Assembly: GCF_006345805.1 (NCBI RefSeq)
Contig: NC_043000.1
Location: 23,312,001 to 23,376,000 of the forward strand
DNA length: 64,000 nt
Reading direction: 5' to 3'
DNA from: Octopus sinensis
Lineage: Eukaryota
The first letter of the stretch is position 1. The number at the start of each line of letters is the position of its first letter. The notes beneath the pieces were generated by a model, which was not told the DNA's origin, did no database searches, and saw only the letters and a program-made list of their open reading frames with translations. Below are positions 1-11,199 of this stretch, piece by piece. Position numbers and translations under genes: made by a program.

Positions 1-25
1 ATAGTTTATCGATTTTTTTTTTTCA

Positions 26-190
26 CTCAGGCACAAGGTCAATATTTTAAAAAAAGGGGTAGGTATATAGAGTCGATCGAATTGACTCCTCAGTATATAC
101 CTGGTAATGAAAGGCAAACTTGATAGCGCTAATGTGATTTGCGATTTGAACATAGATTAGGCAAATTCTTTAAAGTCTGACGCTTCTACT
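26..190 (-). mobile_element. Degenerate SINE family B fragment
   Basis: GCACAAGG...ATGAAAGGCAAA...GATTTGAAC resembles the better-preserved family B copy at 9041-9271. Confidence 0.45.
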
Positions 191-2224
191 AAATTTGCGT
201 CTTTATTCTTTCTCTCTTTCCTTTTATTTTTTGCGGCGAATACAAAACTGAAAATCATATATTGAAAACGGCTAGAACTCGAATTATATTTTACTGCTAT
301 TAAGGCTGCTATTTCTGTTGCTGATGAAGGTACTATTATTACCGGCTGCTGCTACTATTGCTACTACTACTATTACTATCGCTCTGACTTAGCCATTACT
401 TGCTGATAATATTGATCTCTCTCAAGCACAAGGCTTATTTTAAGTAGGGGAAGAAACGTCGTCCATTGAGTCGACTTCACAGAATTACTTGTTCCTCAGT
501 GAATCACTGGTGTCACTTAAACTCGGAAACGAGGAATATTCCGTCTTTTCGTTTTTGCTCTTTTAGCCTTAAGTGATGCCTTCTTGTGCAGGGTTATGAT
601 CAGAAGTACGCTAGCTATAACTAACCCCATCTTTTAAGGAATACATATATGACAATATATCATTAAATGTGTCCTTTCCCTATTTAAGATTATAAGAGTG
701 TGGTTTGACTGCTATTTCAGCCAATCGAGCAACCGCTTAAAGACTCTCTCTTTGGCTTAGACTAATATTAGGATTTTTGTGGTGAGAGGAAAACAAGATT
801 TTCATATTAAGATTCAGAAGTGGTGTGAAGGTTATCATGTCTGTAATTTCAATAGCATTCACAGCCTGTATTTTAAGTTAGTGATAAAATGGCTTTAGAT
901 GAAACTCGAAGTGCCGTTGCAATTTCGGTTTGTGAAGAGCTTGCTCTACGAGACTTGCCTAAATCTATATTCTTATCGATTTCTTTTTGACTAGGCTCAA
1001 AATCCTATTTTCTATGTTCAATGCGTTCTCCTTCCAGTTTCCAGCTTTATAGTGACAACTGTGAATCGAAAAATAGGTCGTGGTTTTGGCTCGCTGGAAA
1101 ATGACCTTCATTGAAGCTTTGATCCTAATATATAACATATCTGTTTTGACACTTTTAACTGTATATATTTGTAGGAGGTCAAACAACAGTGTATAACTAG
1201 ACATGCCCGTAAAAATTCCGCTGTTATTTCGCAAACTACAACGTTATTGGAAGTCTTGTGAAATCGTATTTTCTGGAGCATTTAATTCAGTCCAGCGAAG
1301 TAGTATCGAAGATGCAGACATGAGAAAGAAAATCTTTACAACCTATATTCTTTATTAATGCATTTGTCACCTCTTCTACCTTGAGAATCATATTATCTAT
1401 TATTTTCATATGCCAAGAAGTGAATGCTCTTTGGAAGAAATTATATGCAATTGCCCTTGAGAAAATACTGGTTGATTCTCTTCGGTTTTCCATAGTGATT
1501 ATGTCATAAAGTTTATTGAAAATGAATTGGAAGAATAATATATATAGCAAACGCTTTAAAACTGCTTTATTTGAATAGACAAAATGTTATGAAGTGACTA
1601 AAAAGCTAAGCTTTGTGTCATGTATTGAGTTCTATTTCTCCTGTTTTACAAATATGCGCGCGCGCGTGTGTGAGAGAGGGGGGTAGAGAGAGCGTGTATC
1701 ACATTTAATAAAAAATATCAATCGTCTTACAAATAGTAAAAATGAAATAATAGAAAATGCTGTCTTTGATTGATTACATCCACTACTTTGTTCCATACTT
1801 TCTAAGTCACTTCTCTTACGAATAATTTATAAATATTGTGTGTAGAAAAGATTACGTCTTCAATTTCGTTCCATAGTTTGCCAGTCCGTTGCCTTACAGA
1901 GGTTTCATTTTTTTTTTTTGTTCTTGCTTTCTGGGTATTGAGGAAAGAGTAATGCTGGGGGCATTCTGATACCATTAATTTTCTTACTGAATCTTTTTTT
2001 TTGTAAGTCAACACGTACGGAGAAAGTCATGGATAGGGAGGGGATCCCAGAGAGTCGACTTTCTACAAAGGAAGGATTTGGACGTAGTAATTAATAAGAG
2101 GCCTGAGGAGAATTGGACACGACAAAGCTTATTAAGAGGATATGTCTTCGATTTTGTTCCATAGTTAATATAGTGTTTATTTAAAGTGTTTCTTACGTAG
2201 ACTGTAGTAGAACAATATTATAGA

Positions 2225-2665
2225 TTACTACTAACATCACCACTACCATCATCGTCAACAACATTATTACTACTATTAACCATCACCGACAATGTTAACC
2301 ATAACCAATTCTCAACGGCGTGAAATTATCTCCTCTTTTCTTTGACAGTCTCTAACAATTGCCCACAAGGCGTTTGTTTTCTCTCTCCAACTAATAAAAA
2401 GCAGATTTCAGTTCATTGAAAATTCTTTGCATCACCGCCTACCTGAATTTTTAACTATTTTCTTTTTTTAAACTTTAGATCCTTTTGTGTAGCTGCTACT
2501 ATTACTACTACTACGAACACAGCTACTACTACTAATAATAATAATAATAATACCACTACTACTACTACTACTATCACCACCACCTCTACTATTGATTCAC
2601 ACATTTCTACTACTACTACTACCACCACCACCATCACTACTACTAACTGTACAACTGCTATCAAG
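2225..2665. repeat. Compound (ACT)n/(ACC)n/(AAT)n microsatellite region
   Basis: Directly visible trinucleotide runs; explains the poly-Val/Leu ORF 2455..2664. Confidence 0.9.
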
Positions 2666-2989
2666 CAGATATAATTTTATTCATTGTTTCCAACATAATC
2701 AACTTAATCACCAACACATCGTTGATAATTGCAATGCTAAAACATTTTGCTAGAATTTAATTTTATAATTCTCTCAAAACGACTTGTATAGAAAATATAT
2801 GTTAGATAAATGAGACTATATCATTTACCAATAAGAGTTCAGTTAAATTTGGATTTATTATAAATTTCATGCGCTGCATCAATTTCATAATTAACAATAA
2901 TCTAATTAGTGATTTTCACTTCCTTGCCATTTCCAATTTTTTCATATCTTTTCAAATGAAATTGTATATTGATATTTTCTTCTTCGTGG

Positions 2990-3125
2990 AAGAAGCTTGC
3001 TTTGCAACCAAATTGTTCCAGGCTTAGTCCCACTGTATGGCACTTTGGGCAAGTGTCTTCTACTATAGCACCAGGCCGACAAAGGCCTTATGAATGAATT
3101 TGGTAAATGGAAACTTTGTGGAATC
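2990..3125 (+). mobile_element. Degenerate SINE family A 5' part
   Basis: TTTGGGCAAGTGTCTTCTACTATAGC...GGCCGAC...GAATTTGGTAAATGGAAAC matches family A copies such as 10780-11183. Confidence 0.7.
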
Positions 3126-3743
3126 TTGTGTAAATAAAAATCTAAGGCTGTGAAGATATTAGAACATTTATAAATAGAATATCTTACAGCTGTTTCTGGG
3201 ATATTTTTTATATCTCTCCATCAGAAGCAGTGTGAGAAAATGGTTAAGCAATAGTTAATTTTGATAAGATATGAAATAGAGAGTGAAGTGGAAGAATAAA
3301 AATAGATGAGATATGCAGGGATATTACATTTGTAGATCCATTGTTTAGGCAGAATGGTACATATATAAGATTCCTTGTGAGTATATTCCAACAGTATTTA
3401 AAATTGGTCATTCCGAGGATAGAGTTTGTACACATTGCTATTTAAAGTTACCTAAAAGTAGGGAATGTAATTGTAATGTATAAAGAAAAGAAAAAAGAAA
3501 AGCGAGGAGAGAGATAATAAAGAGATGAAGAGAGGGAAAGTATACCAGTTAGTGGTCAGCCAAGATAAATTGATAGTAGGAATGTGGAGGAGAGGGTGAT
3601 AGAGAGAGAAAGATATGAGTGTAAAAAGATGATAGGGTTAAAGAGTAAAGGAGTGTCAGATAGAAGGAATGGGGGTATGATAGAGAGAGAGAGAGGTGTA
3701 ATAGTGTAAAAAGTAAAGGAGTGTATATATATATATATATATA

Positions 3744-4768
3744 GGCACAGGTGTGGCTTTGCAGTAAGAAGCTTGTTTCCTAACCATATGGTTCTGGGCT
3801 CAGTCCCACTTTGTGACACCTTGGGCAAGTGTCTTCTAGAGCTCTGGGCCGACCAAAGCCTTGTGAGTGGATTTGGTAGATGGAGGCTGAAAGAAGCCTG
3901 TCGTATATATGTGTATCATCACCATCATCATCATCATCATCGTTTAACGTCCGTTTTCCATGCTAGCATGGGTTAGATGGTTCGACCGGGGTCTGGGAAG
4001 CCAGGAGGCTGCACCAGGCTCCAGTCTGATCTGGCAGTGTTTCTACAGCTGGATGTCCTTCCTAACGCCAACTACTCCTTGAGTGTAGTGGGTGCTTTTT
4101 ACGTGCCACTGGCACAGATGAGGCTGGCAAATGGCCATGATCGGTTGGTGCTTTTCCGTGTCACCGACACGGACGCTGGCAACTGCCACATTCGGATGCT
4201 GCTTTTAACGTGTCACCGGCACGGGTATCTTAACTACAATTTCCATTTGATTTTCATTTTGATGTTGGTTTTAAAGTACTTAACTCAATAGGTCTCCTCA
4301 AGAACAGCAGGTCACTCTACGATCCAAGGTTAGCACAGCAGGCCGTCCTGCGAGCCATGGACTCACTTCATTTGTTGGGTCTTCGAAGTCACAGCATATC
4401 TCCAGAGGTCTCGGTCTTTCGTCATAGCCTCTGTGAGGCTCAATGTACGAAGGTCATGCTTGACCACCTCGTCCCATGTCTACCTCTACCCCAGATTCCT
4501 TCAACAGTTTGGGAGTGGTACTTCTTATATATATATATATTTGTGTGGGTGTATGTCTTTGTGTCTGAGTTTGTTCCTCTTCCACTACTTGACAACCAGT
4601 GCTGGTGTATTTATGCCCTTGTAACTTAATGGTTCAGCAAAAGAGGCTGATAAAGTAAGTACTGGACTTAGAAAGAATAAGTCCTGGGGTCGATCTCTTT
4701 GCCTAAAACCCTTTAAGGCAGTGCTCCAGTATGGCTGCAGTCAAATAACTGAAACAAGTAAAAAAGTA
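3744..4768 (+). mobile_element. SINE family A (tRNA-like head, CORE-like CCTTGGGCAAGT motif, central microsatellite), split by an RTE insertion
   Basis: 5' half 3744-3913 and 3' half about 4527-4768 (ending GAAACAAGTAAAAAAG) are colinear with the intact copy at 10780-11183. Confidence 0.85.
3915..4525 (-). mobile_element. 5'-truncated RTE LINE (ORF end, 3' UTR and (GAT)n tail)
   Basis: Reverse complement matches the 3' end of the 4788-7025 element, including the DEVVKHDL-coding segment and the AACGGACGTTAAACGATGATG tail. Confidence 0.9.
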
Positions 4769-4784
4769 ATATATATATATGTGT

Positions 4785-6138
4785 ATGAGATGCAGTTTGG
4801 ATGAGATGCAGTTTGGGTTCGTGCAAGGGAAAAGTACCACGGATGCTATATTCCTGGTAAGGCAGCTGCAGGAGAAATACCTAGCCAAAGATAAGCCCCT
4901 GTACCTGGCTTTTGTTGACATGGAGAAAGCTTTTGATAGGGTCCCCCGATCCCTTATCTGGTGGTCAATGAGGAAACTAGGGATAGATGAATGGCTGGTG
5001 AGGACTGTGCAAGCCATGTACAGAGATGCCGTAAGTAAGGTTAGGGTTAGCAACATGTACACAGAAGAATTCAAAGTAGAGGTTGGGGTCCACCAGGGTT
5101 CAGTACTCAGCCCCCTCCTATTTATCATAGTCCTACAGGCAATTATGGAGGAATTCAAGACAGGTTGTCCCTGGGAGCTCCTCTATGCTGACGACCTTGC
5201 TCTTATTGCTGAGTCACTATCAGAGCTGGAGGAGAAGTTCCAGGTGTGGAAGGAGGTTTAGAATCGAGGGGCCTTAGAGTCAACCTAGCTAAAACCAAGT
5301 ACTAATAAGTAGGAAGGTAGACAATCCACAAATGTCTTCAGGAAGATGGCCCTGCTCGATCTGTAGAAAAGGTGTAGGTAGAAACTCTATAAGATGTACC
5401 CAGTGTAAGCTATGGACACATAAGAGGTGCAGCAATGTCAAAGGTAGGCTAACTGGGAAGATAGTTTATGTATGTGGCAGATGCTCAGGAGCATTAACCT
5501 CCGAAAATCTGCAGAAAATAACTTCAGTCACTTTCCAAGGGGAAAAACTAGAAGTAGTTGATAGCTTCCGTTATCTAGGTGACCAAGTCAGTAGTGGGGG
5601 TGGGTGCGCTGAAAGTGTAACTGCTAGAATAAGAATAGCCTGGGCAAAGTTTAGGGAGCTCTTACCTCTGCTGGTGACTAAAGGCCTCTCGCTCAGAGTA
5701 AAAGGCAGACTGTATGATGCGTGTGTACGAACAGCCATGCTACATGGCAGTGAAACATGGGCCGTGACTGCCGAGGACATGCGTAAGCTCGTGAGGAATG
5801 AAGCCAGTATGCTCCGATGGATGTGTAATGTGAGTGTACATACTCGACAGAGCGTTAGCACCTTGAGAGAAATGTTGTACCTAAGAGGCATCAGTTGTGG
5901 TGTGCAAGAGAGACGATTGCGCTGGTATGGTCATGTGGCGAGAATGGATGAAGATAGGTGTGTGAGAAAGTGCCAATCCTTAGCAGTTGAGGGAACCCGT
6001 GGAAGAGGTAGACCCAGGAAAACCTGGGACGAGGTGGTGAAGCACGACCTTCAAACTTTAGGCCTCACTGAGGAAATGACCAGCGACCGAGACCTTTGGA
6101 AATATTCTGTACGTGAGAAGACCAGACAGGACAAGTGA
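4785..6138 (+). pseudogene. Frameshifted RTE ORF2 fragment (reverse transcriptase with embedded PHD-type finger)
   Basis: ORF-track 4779..5261 and 5332..6138 join through KEGLESRGLRVNLAKTKVLISRK if two single-base deletions near 5255 and 5298 are restored. Confidence 0.9.
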
Positions 6139-7025
6139 GCCCAGCCCACTTATGAATGCCTTTCCTCCCTTAGGCACAAAGACCTGTTGAGGCAAGCGAA
6201 GTCGATATAGAACCTCATCCGACGACAGGCACCCATGCCAACCCCCTTTGCTTGCGAAGACATGTTGGGGCAAGCGAAATCGAAGTCGAAATCGAATTGA
6301 ACCAGCCAGGATCCCTGGTCTGGTGGTACGTAAAAAGCACTATCCGACTCGTGGCCGATGCCAGCGCCGCCTCCACTGGCTTCCGTGCCGGTGGCACGTA
6401 AAATACACCAATCTGACCGTACGACAGGCACCCATGCCAACCCCCTTGTTTGCGAAGACATGTTGGGGCAAGCGAAATCGAATTGAACCAGCCAGGTTCC
6501 CTGGTCTGGTGGTACGTAAAAAGCACTATCCGACTCGTGGCCGATGCCAGCGCCGCCTCCACTGGCTTCCGTGCCGGTGGCACGTAAAATACACCAATCT
6601 GACCGTATGACAGGCACCCATGCCAACCCCCTTGCTTGCGAAGACATGTTGGGGCAAGCAAAATCGAAATCGAATTGAACCAGCCAGGATCCCTGGTCTG
6701 GTGGTACGTAAAAAGCACCATCCGACTCGTGGCTGATGCCAGCACCGCCTCGTCTGGCTTCCGTGCCGGTGGCACATAAAATACACCAATCCGACCGTGG
6801 CCGTTGCCAGCCTCGCCTAGCACCTGTGCAGGTGGCACGTAAAAAGTACCCACTACACTCACGGAGTGGTTGGCGTTAGGAAGGGCATCCAGCTGTAGAA
6901 ACACTGCCAGATAAGACTGGAGCCTGGTGCAGCCTTCTGGCTTCCCAGATCCCCGGTCGAACCGTCCAACCCATGCTAGCATGGAGAACGGACGTTAAAC
7001 GATGATGATGATGATGATGATGATG
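4788..7025 (+). mobile_element. 5'-truncated, relatively young RTE-clade LINE
   Basis: RT motifs QFGF, FVDMEKAFDRV, GVHQGSVLSP, YADD, FRYLG, LRWYGHV, GRGRPRKTW; (GAT)n tail; ATGTGTATG flanks both ends (4779-4787 and 7026-7034), consistent with a target-site duplication. Confidence 0.95.
6224..6795 (+). repeat. Three tandem 186-199 bp units in the RTE 3' UTR
   Basis: GACAGGCACCCATGCCAACCCCC starts at 6224, 6423 and 6609; units are nearly identical. Confidence 0.95.
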
Positions 7026-7039
7026 ATGTGTATGTGTGT

Positions 7040-9610
7040 GTATCATCATCATTATCATTTAGTGTTCATTTTCCATGCTGACATGGGTTGGACAGTTCAA
7101 AAGGAATTGGTAAGTCAGAAGACTGCACCAAGGCGTGCTGCCTGCATTGCCATGGTTTTTATAGTTGGATGTCCCTCCTAAGACTAACCTCTTTACAGAG
7201 TGTACTGGGTGCTTTTTATGTTGCACCAGCAGCAGGTGAGGTTGCCAAATAATTTGCAAGACAAGACCTCTTTACAGAGAGAGGGGGGGACAGGAAAAAA
7301 AAGGAGTCTTTCATTAGAGGGGAAATATGGTTACCTCAGGTGGGGAGAGAGTGAGAGAGAGAGAGAGAGGTAGATGTGATAGCAAGGAGTGTGGGGGTGA
7401 GTTGACTAGGGACTGGAGAAGTGCATGGGTGGGTGAATTCACAAGATTGCAAAAGGCGAATGGTAGATGGAGGGGAGAATGTAACAAGTGGGTACAGACA
7501 GAGGGAGTGAGTTGTTGGAAGATACACTATGGGGAAGTGATTCGACAGAAACTTAATGAGTGCAGGTAGATACCTGAAAGAGAAGGGAGGGGAACACAGC
7601 AAGTGGTGAGCATGAGAGAAAGTTTGTAAGATGGGTTGTGGGGGAAGTTTGGTAAGGGACAGATTGTATGCAGGGGTTGGGGCATAGACATAAAGGATAA
7701 AGGACATAGTTTTATGACCTCAGTTTTTCTCAGCTGGACAGGTTTTCTCAAGAACAGCAAACTGGCACTTGTTCTGATCCTTTGTGAGGCTCAACATCTG
7801 AAGATCATGTCTCACCATTTCATCCCAAATCTTCCTAGGTTTTCCACATTCACAGGTTCCCTCCACATCTAGAGACCAGTACTTCTATATGCAACTGTCC
7901 TCATCCATTTGCATCATATGACCATAACAGCAGCCTTCTCTCTTGTACACTACATCTGATGCCTCTTATAATTTTCTCTTAAAATATTGATACTTTGTCA
8001 TACATATATGCACATGGACATTACACATACAAGCCATTGCATGTCCTCTGTACTCAGGTCTTCCTCTTCCACAGGTTCCCTCCATATTTAGAGATCGACA
8101 TTTCTTTATGCAGCTGTCTTCATCCATATGTTTCACATCATGATACCAGATTAGTTTTCTCACTTGCACACTACATCTAATGCTTCTTATACACAATTTT
8201 TCTCTCAATACATCTAAACTTTGTCACACATGTACACTGACATTGTACATCCATCAGAGAATTCTGGTTTCATTTCTTTCAAGCCTTTGCATGTCCTCTG
8301 CACTCACAGCCCATGTTTCCCTGCCATGTAGCATAGCTGTCCATACACAGGCAGGCATCATACAATCTGTCTTTCACTCTGATGGAGAGGCCCTCTGCTA
8401 CCAACAAAGGTAGTAGTAAGATAGCAGCTCTCTGAACTTTGCAACTAAGCTTTCAGAACCTCCCCCCTTGACTGCTTACTTGGTTGCCTTGGTAACAAAA
8501 GCTATTGACTACTTCTAAGGGCTAAACCCCCCACCCCCGCGCTGTCACCACCAACATTTGAGAAAGTCTATTCTCTGTACATTCCTAGTGTTTATCATAC
8601 CTGCACAACTGCCACACAAAAAAACTACTTTCTCTGCTTATCTTCTTATGATCCACTGCAGCTCTTTTGTGTCCATAGCTTCCACTGGGTACACCACATG
8701 GAATTTTTAGCTACACTTTTCTTCCTAAGATAGAATAAGTAATTTGTCTGCTTTCTTGCTTACTATTGTTTTGGTCTTTGCTTAATTAACTCTAAAGTTC
8801 TTTGATTGCAGTCCTTGCTTCTTCACCTGAAATTTCTTCTCTAATTCTATTAGAGTTTCAACTATAAGAATGAGGTCATTAACATGGAGGATCTCCCAAG
8901 AGCAACCACTCTTAAATTCCTCTGTTATGACTTGGAGGATAAACAAGATAAACAAGAGAAGTCTGTGAACTGATCCTTGGTGAACTCCAACCTGCTCACT
9001 AAATTCACTGTTATACTCATTACCAACATCTGCCTTTCTAATATATTTCTTTACTACCCACAAGAGGCTAAACACAGAGGAGACAAACAAGAACAGACAA
9101 ACGGATTAAGTCGATTACATCGACCCCAGTGCATAACTGGTACTTAATTTATCGACCCCGAAAGGATGAAAGGCAAAGTTGACCTCGACGGAATTTGAAC
9201 TCAGAATGTAACGGCAGACGAAATACAGCTACGCATTTCGCCCGGCATGCTAACGTTTCTGCCAGCTCGCCAGCATACCTGTACATGGCTTGGACGCCTC
9301 TCATCAGCCATTAATCTATCCCAGCTTTCACATTGACCAGCAGATGAGGGAGTAAGGTTCCCTGTCAATGGCCTTCTCTCATATCAACAAATTCCAAGTA
9401 CAACAGTATATTATTCACTAAATGCTTCTGCCGTTGCCTCACAATAATGTGTCAGCAGTGCTTCTACCAGGCACAAAATCATACTGCCTCTCATCTAGAC
9501 TAACTCTCTTCCTAATTAGTTGAGCTATGGCCCTTTCTGTAACTTTCATGACCTCGTCCAGTAATTTGATACCTCTTTAATTGCTACTGTCTAAAAGTAT
9601 CACCTCTACC
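7040..9610 (-). mobile_element. Older RTE LINE copy (RT, pyrimidine-rich 3' UTR, tail), with an internal duplication near 7850-8260 and a SINE insertion
   Basis: Antisense RT motifs GVHQGSV, KKCRSLNMEGTCGRGRP; decayed tail at about 7040-7100. Confidence 0.8.
9041..9271 (-). mobile_element. SINE family B (tRNA-like head)
   Basis: Reverse complement reads GGCGAGCTGGCAG...GAGTTCAAATTCCG...CTTTGCCTTTCATCCTTTCGGGGTCGAT with a B-box-like motif; repeated elsewhere in the window. Confidence 0.85.
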
Positions 9611-9970
9611 TATTTCTTTACTACCCACAAGGGGCTAAACACAGAGGGGACAAACAAGGTTCGGCAAACGGATTAAGTCAATTACATCAACCCCAGTGCA
9701 TAACTGGTACTTATTTAATCGACCCCAAAAGGATGAAAGGCAAAGTCGACCTCGGCGAAATTTGAACTCAGAACATAATGACTTTGCCTTTCATCCTTTT
9801 GGGGTCGATTAAATAAGTACCAGTTACGCACTGGGGTTGATGTAATTGTCAGATGGCAAAAATTAGTAATCCTGTGACGGACTGGCATCCCATGCAGGTG
9901 GGGAATTTCTACGCCACTGAAACTGGGAAACCGGCCCTTATGAGCCTGGCATGGCTCGAGAAGGAACAAC
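9611..9970. mobile_element. SINE family B copy (minus, 9611-9779) abutting an inverted plus-strand SINE body that continues into a different 3' part
   Basis: Homology to 9041-9271; arms 9679-9747 and 9780-9848 pair at 68 of 69 positions. Confidence 0.85.
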
Positions 9971-10069
9971 CCAGCCATAATCCAGATTGATATTTTTTGA
10001 TTCTTTTAGAATACTTTTCTTTTTGGATGGGATATAGTGTATTCTTTTCCTTTTGTGCAAACTGTCAAA

Positions 10070-10400
10070 TTTAGCCTGAATTCCCTGTACAGTATATATG
10101 GAATGATTTTATCAGTGAAGCAAAGGTCAGAAGAAGAGCAGACCAATGCCTAGAGTCCATCACCATCTGCAAAAACCAACTAATTTGGCTGGGACATGTC
10201 ACCAATCAAGTCCTTAAGTGGAACTCTTAGGAGCAACACTATAGGGGAGGTCCCAAGATGAATTGGTGCCAAACAGTCAATAGGGTGCTTTATCTTGGAA
10301 GTCTAGAATAAAATGCACTGAGGATGGCTGTTGACCAATCCTTCTGGAATGCTTTGACTGCCTCATGCTCCCCCCAACGTGGAAGCACCTAAGTCTAAGC
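10070..10400 (+). mobile_element. Degenerate RTE-like LINE 3' end (different family)
   Basis: Decayed translation ...QLIWLGHV...QVLKWNS...RGGPKMNW...; short CTAAGT tail repeat. Confidence 0.55.
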
Positions 10401-10779
10401 TTAAATATGTTTGTATGTATGTATGTTTGCACGTATGTCATCACCCTCATTGCTGTTTTAATGTTTGCGTTTCCATGATTGTACGGATCAGGCAAAATTT
10501 GTTGAGGTAGCTTGTTTATAGACTGATGTTCTTCCTGTTGCCAACATTCACCTGTTTCCATGCTGGGTTATATTTCCTGGGACAGTCACTACCTTGTGGT
10601 CAGAAGACAAAGCAAAATGCAAACAGATGGAGAAATGGAAGAGCCCCTTTAAGCTAGTTAAAGCAACCCTTTGTATATGCTATATTGGATCTTCATCTTT
10701 GTATTGTATTTCATCTGTTATATAAATATTCTTTGTCGGACTATTCATTGTTAATATATCTTTCTGAATTATTGGTATT

Positions 10780-11183
10780 GCACAGGAGTGGCTGTGTGGT
10801 AAGTAGCTTGCTTACCAACCACATGGTTCTGGGTTCAGTTCCACTGGGTGGCACCTTGGGCAAGTGTCTTCTACTATAGCCTTGGGCCAACCAAAGCCTT
10901 GTGAGTGGATTTGGTAGACGGAAACTGAGAGAAGCCCATCATATATATGTATATATGTATGTGTGTGTATATGTTTGTGTGTCTGTGTTTGTCCCCCCAG
11001 CATAGCTTGACAACCGATGCTGGTGTGTTTACGTCCCTGTAACTTAGCAGTTCAGCAAAAGAGACCGGTAGAATAACTACTAGGCTTACAAAGAATAAGT
11101 CCTGGGGTCAATTTGCTTGACTAAAGGTGGTGCTCCAGCATGGACGCAGTGAAATGACTGAAACAAGTAAAAGAGTAAAAGAG
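10780..11183 (+). mobile_element. Full-length SINE family A
   Basis: A-box-like TGGCTGTGTGG, B-box-like GGTTCAGTTCC, CCTTGGGCAAGT, central (TA/TG)n and a GTAAAAGA repeat tail. Confidence 0.9.
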
Positions 11184-11199
11184 TGCCAATAAGATCCAC

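Noticed and set aside
900-1550. ORFs 965..1234 and 1287..1550 as a gene or a mariner N-terminus
   Set aside because: Only faint resemblance (KAGN, EIATALRVS); no TIR or catalytic motif, many stops, no clear splice structure
2455-2664. Hydrophobic poly-Val/Leu ORF
   Set aside because: Translation of a trinucleotide microsatellite
6224-6840. CRISPR-like or satellite array
   Set aside because: No unique spacers, no cas genes, eukaryotic context; units are internal LINE 3' UTR duplications
4703-6982. Overlapping minus-strand ORFs (4703..5158, 5571..5891, 6150..6647, 6215..6982)
   Set aside because: Antisense frames of the RTE ORF and its GC-rich tandem 3' UTR
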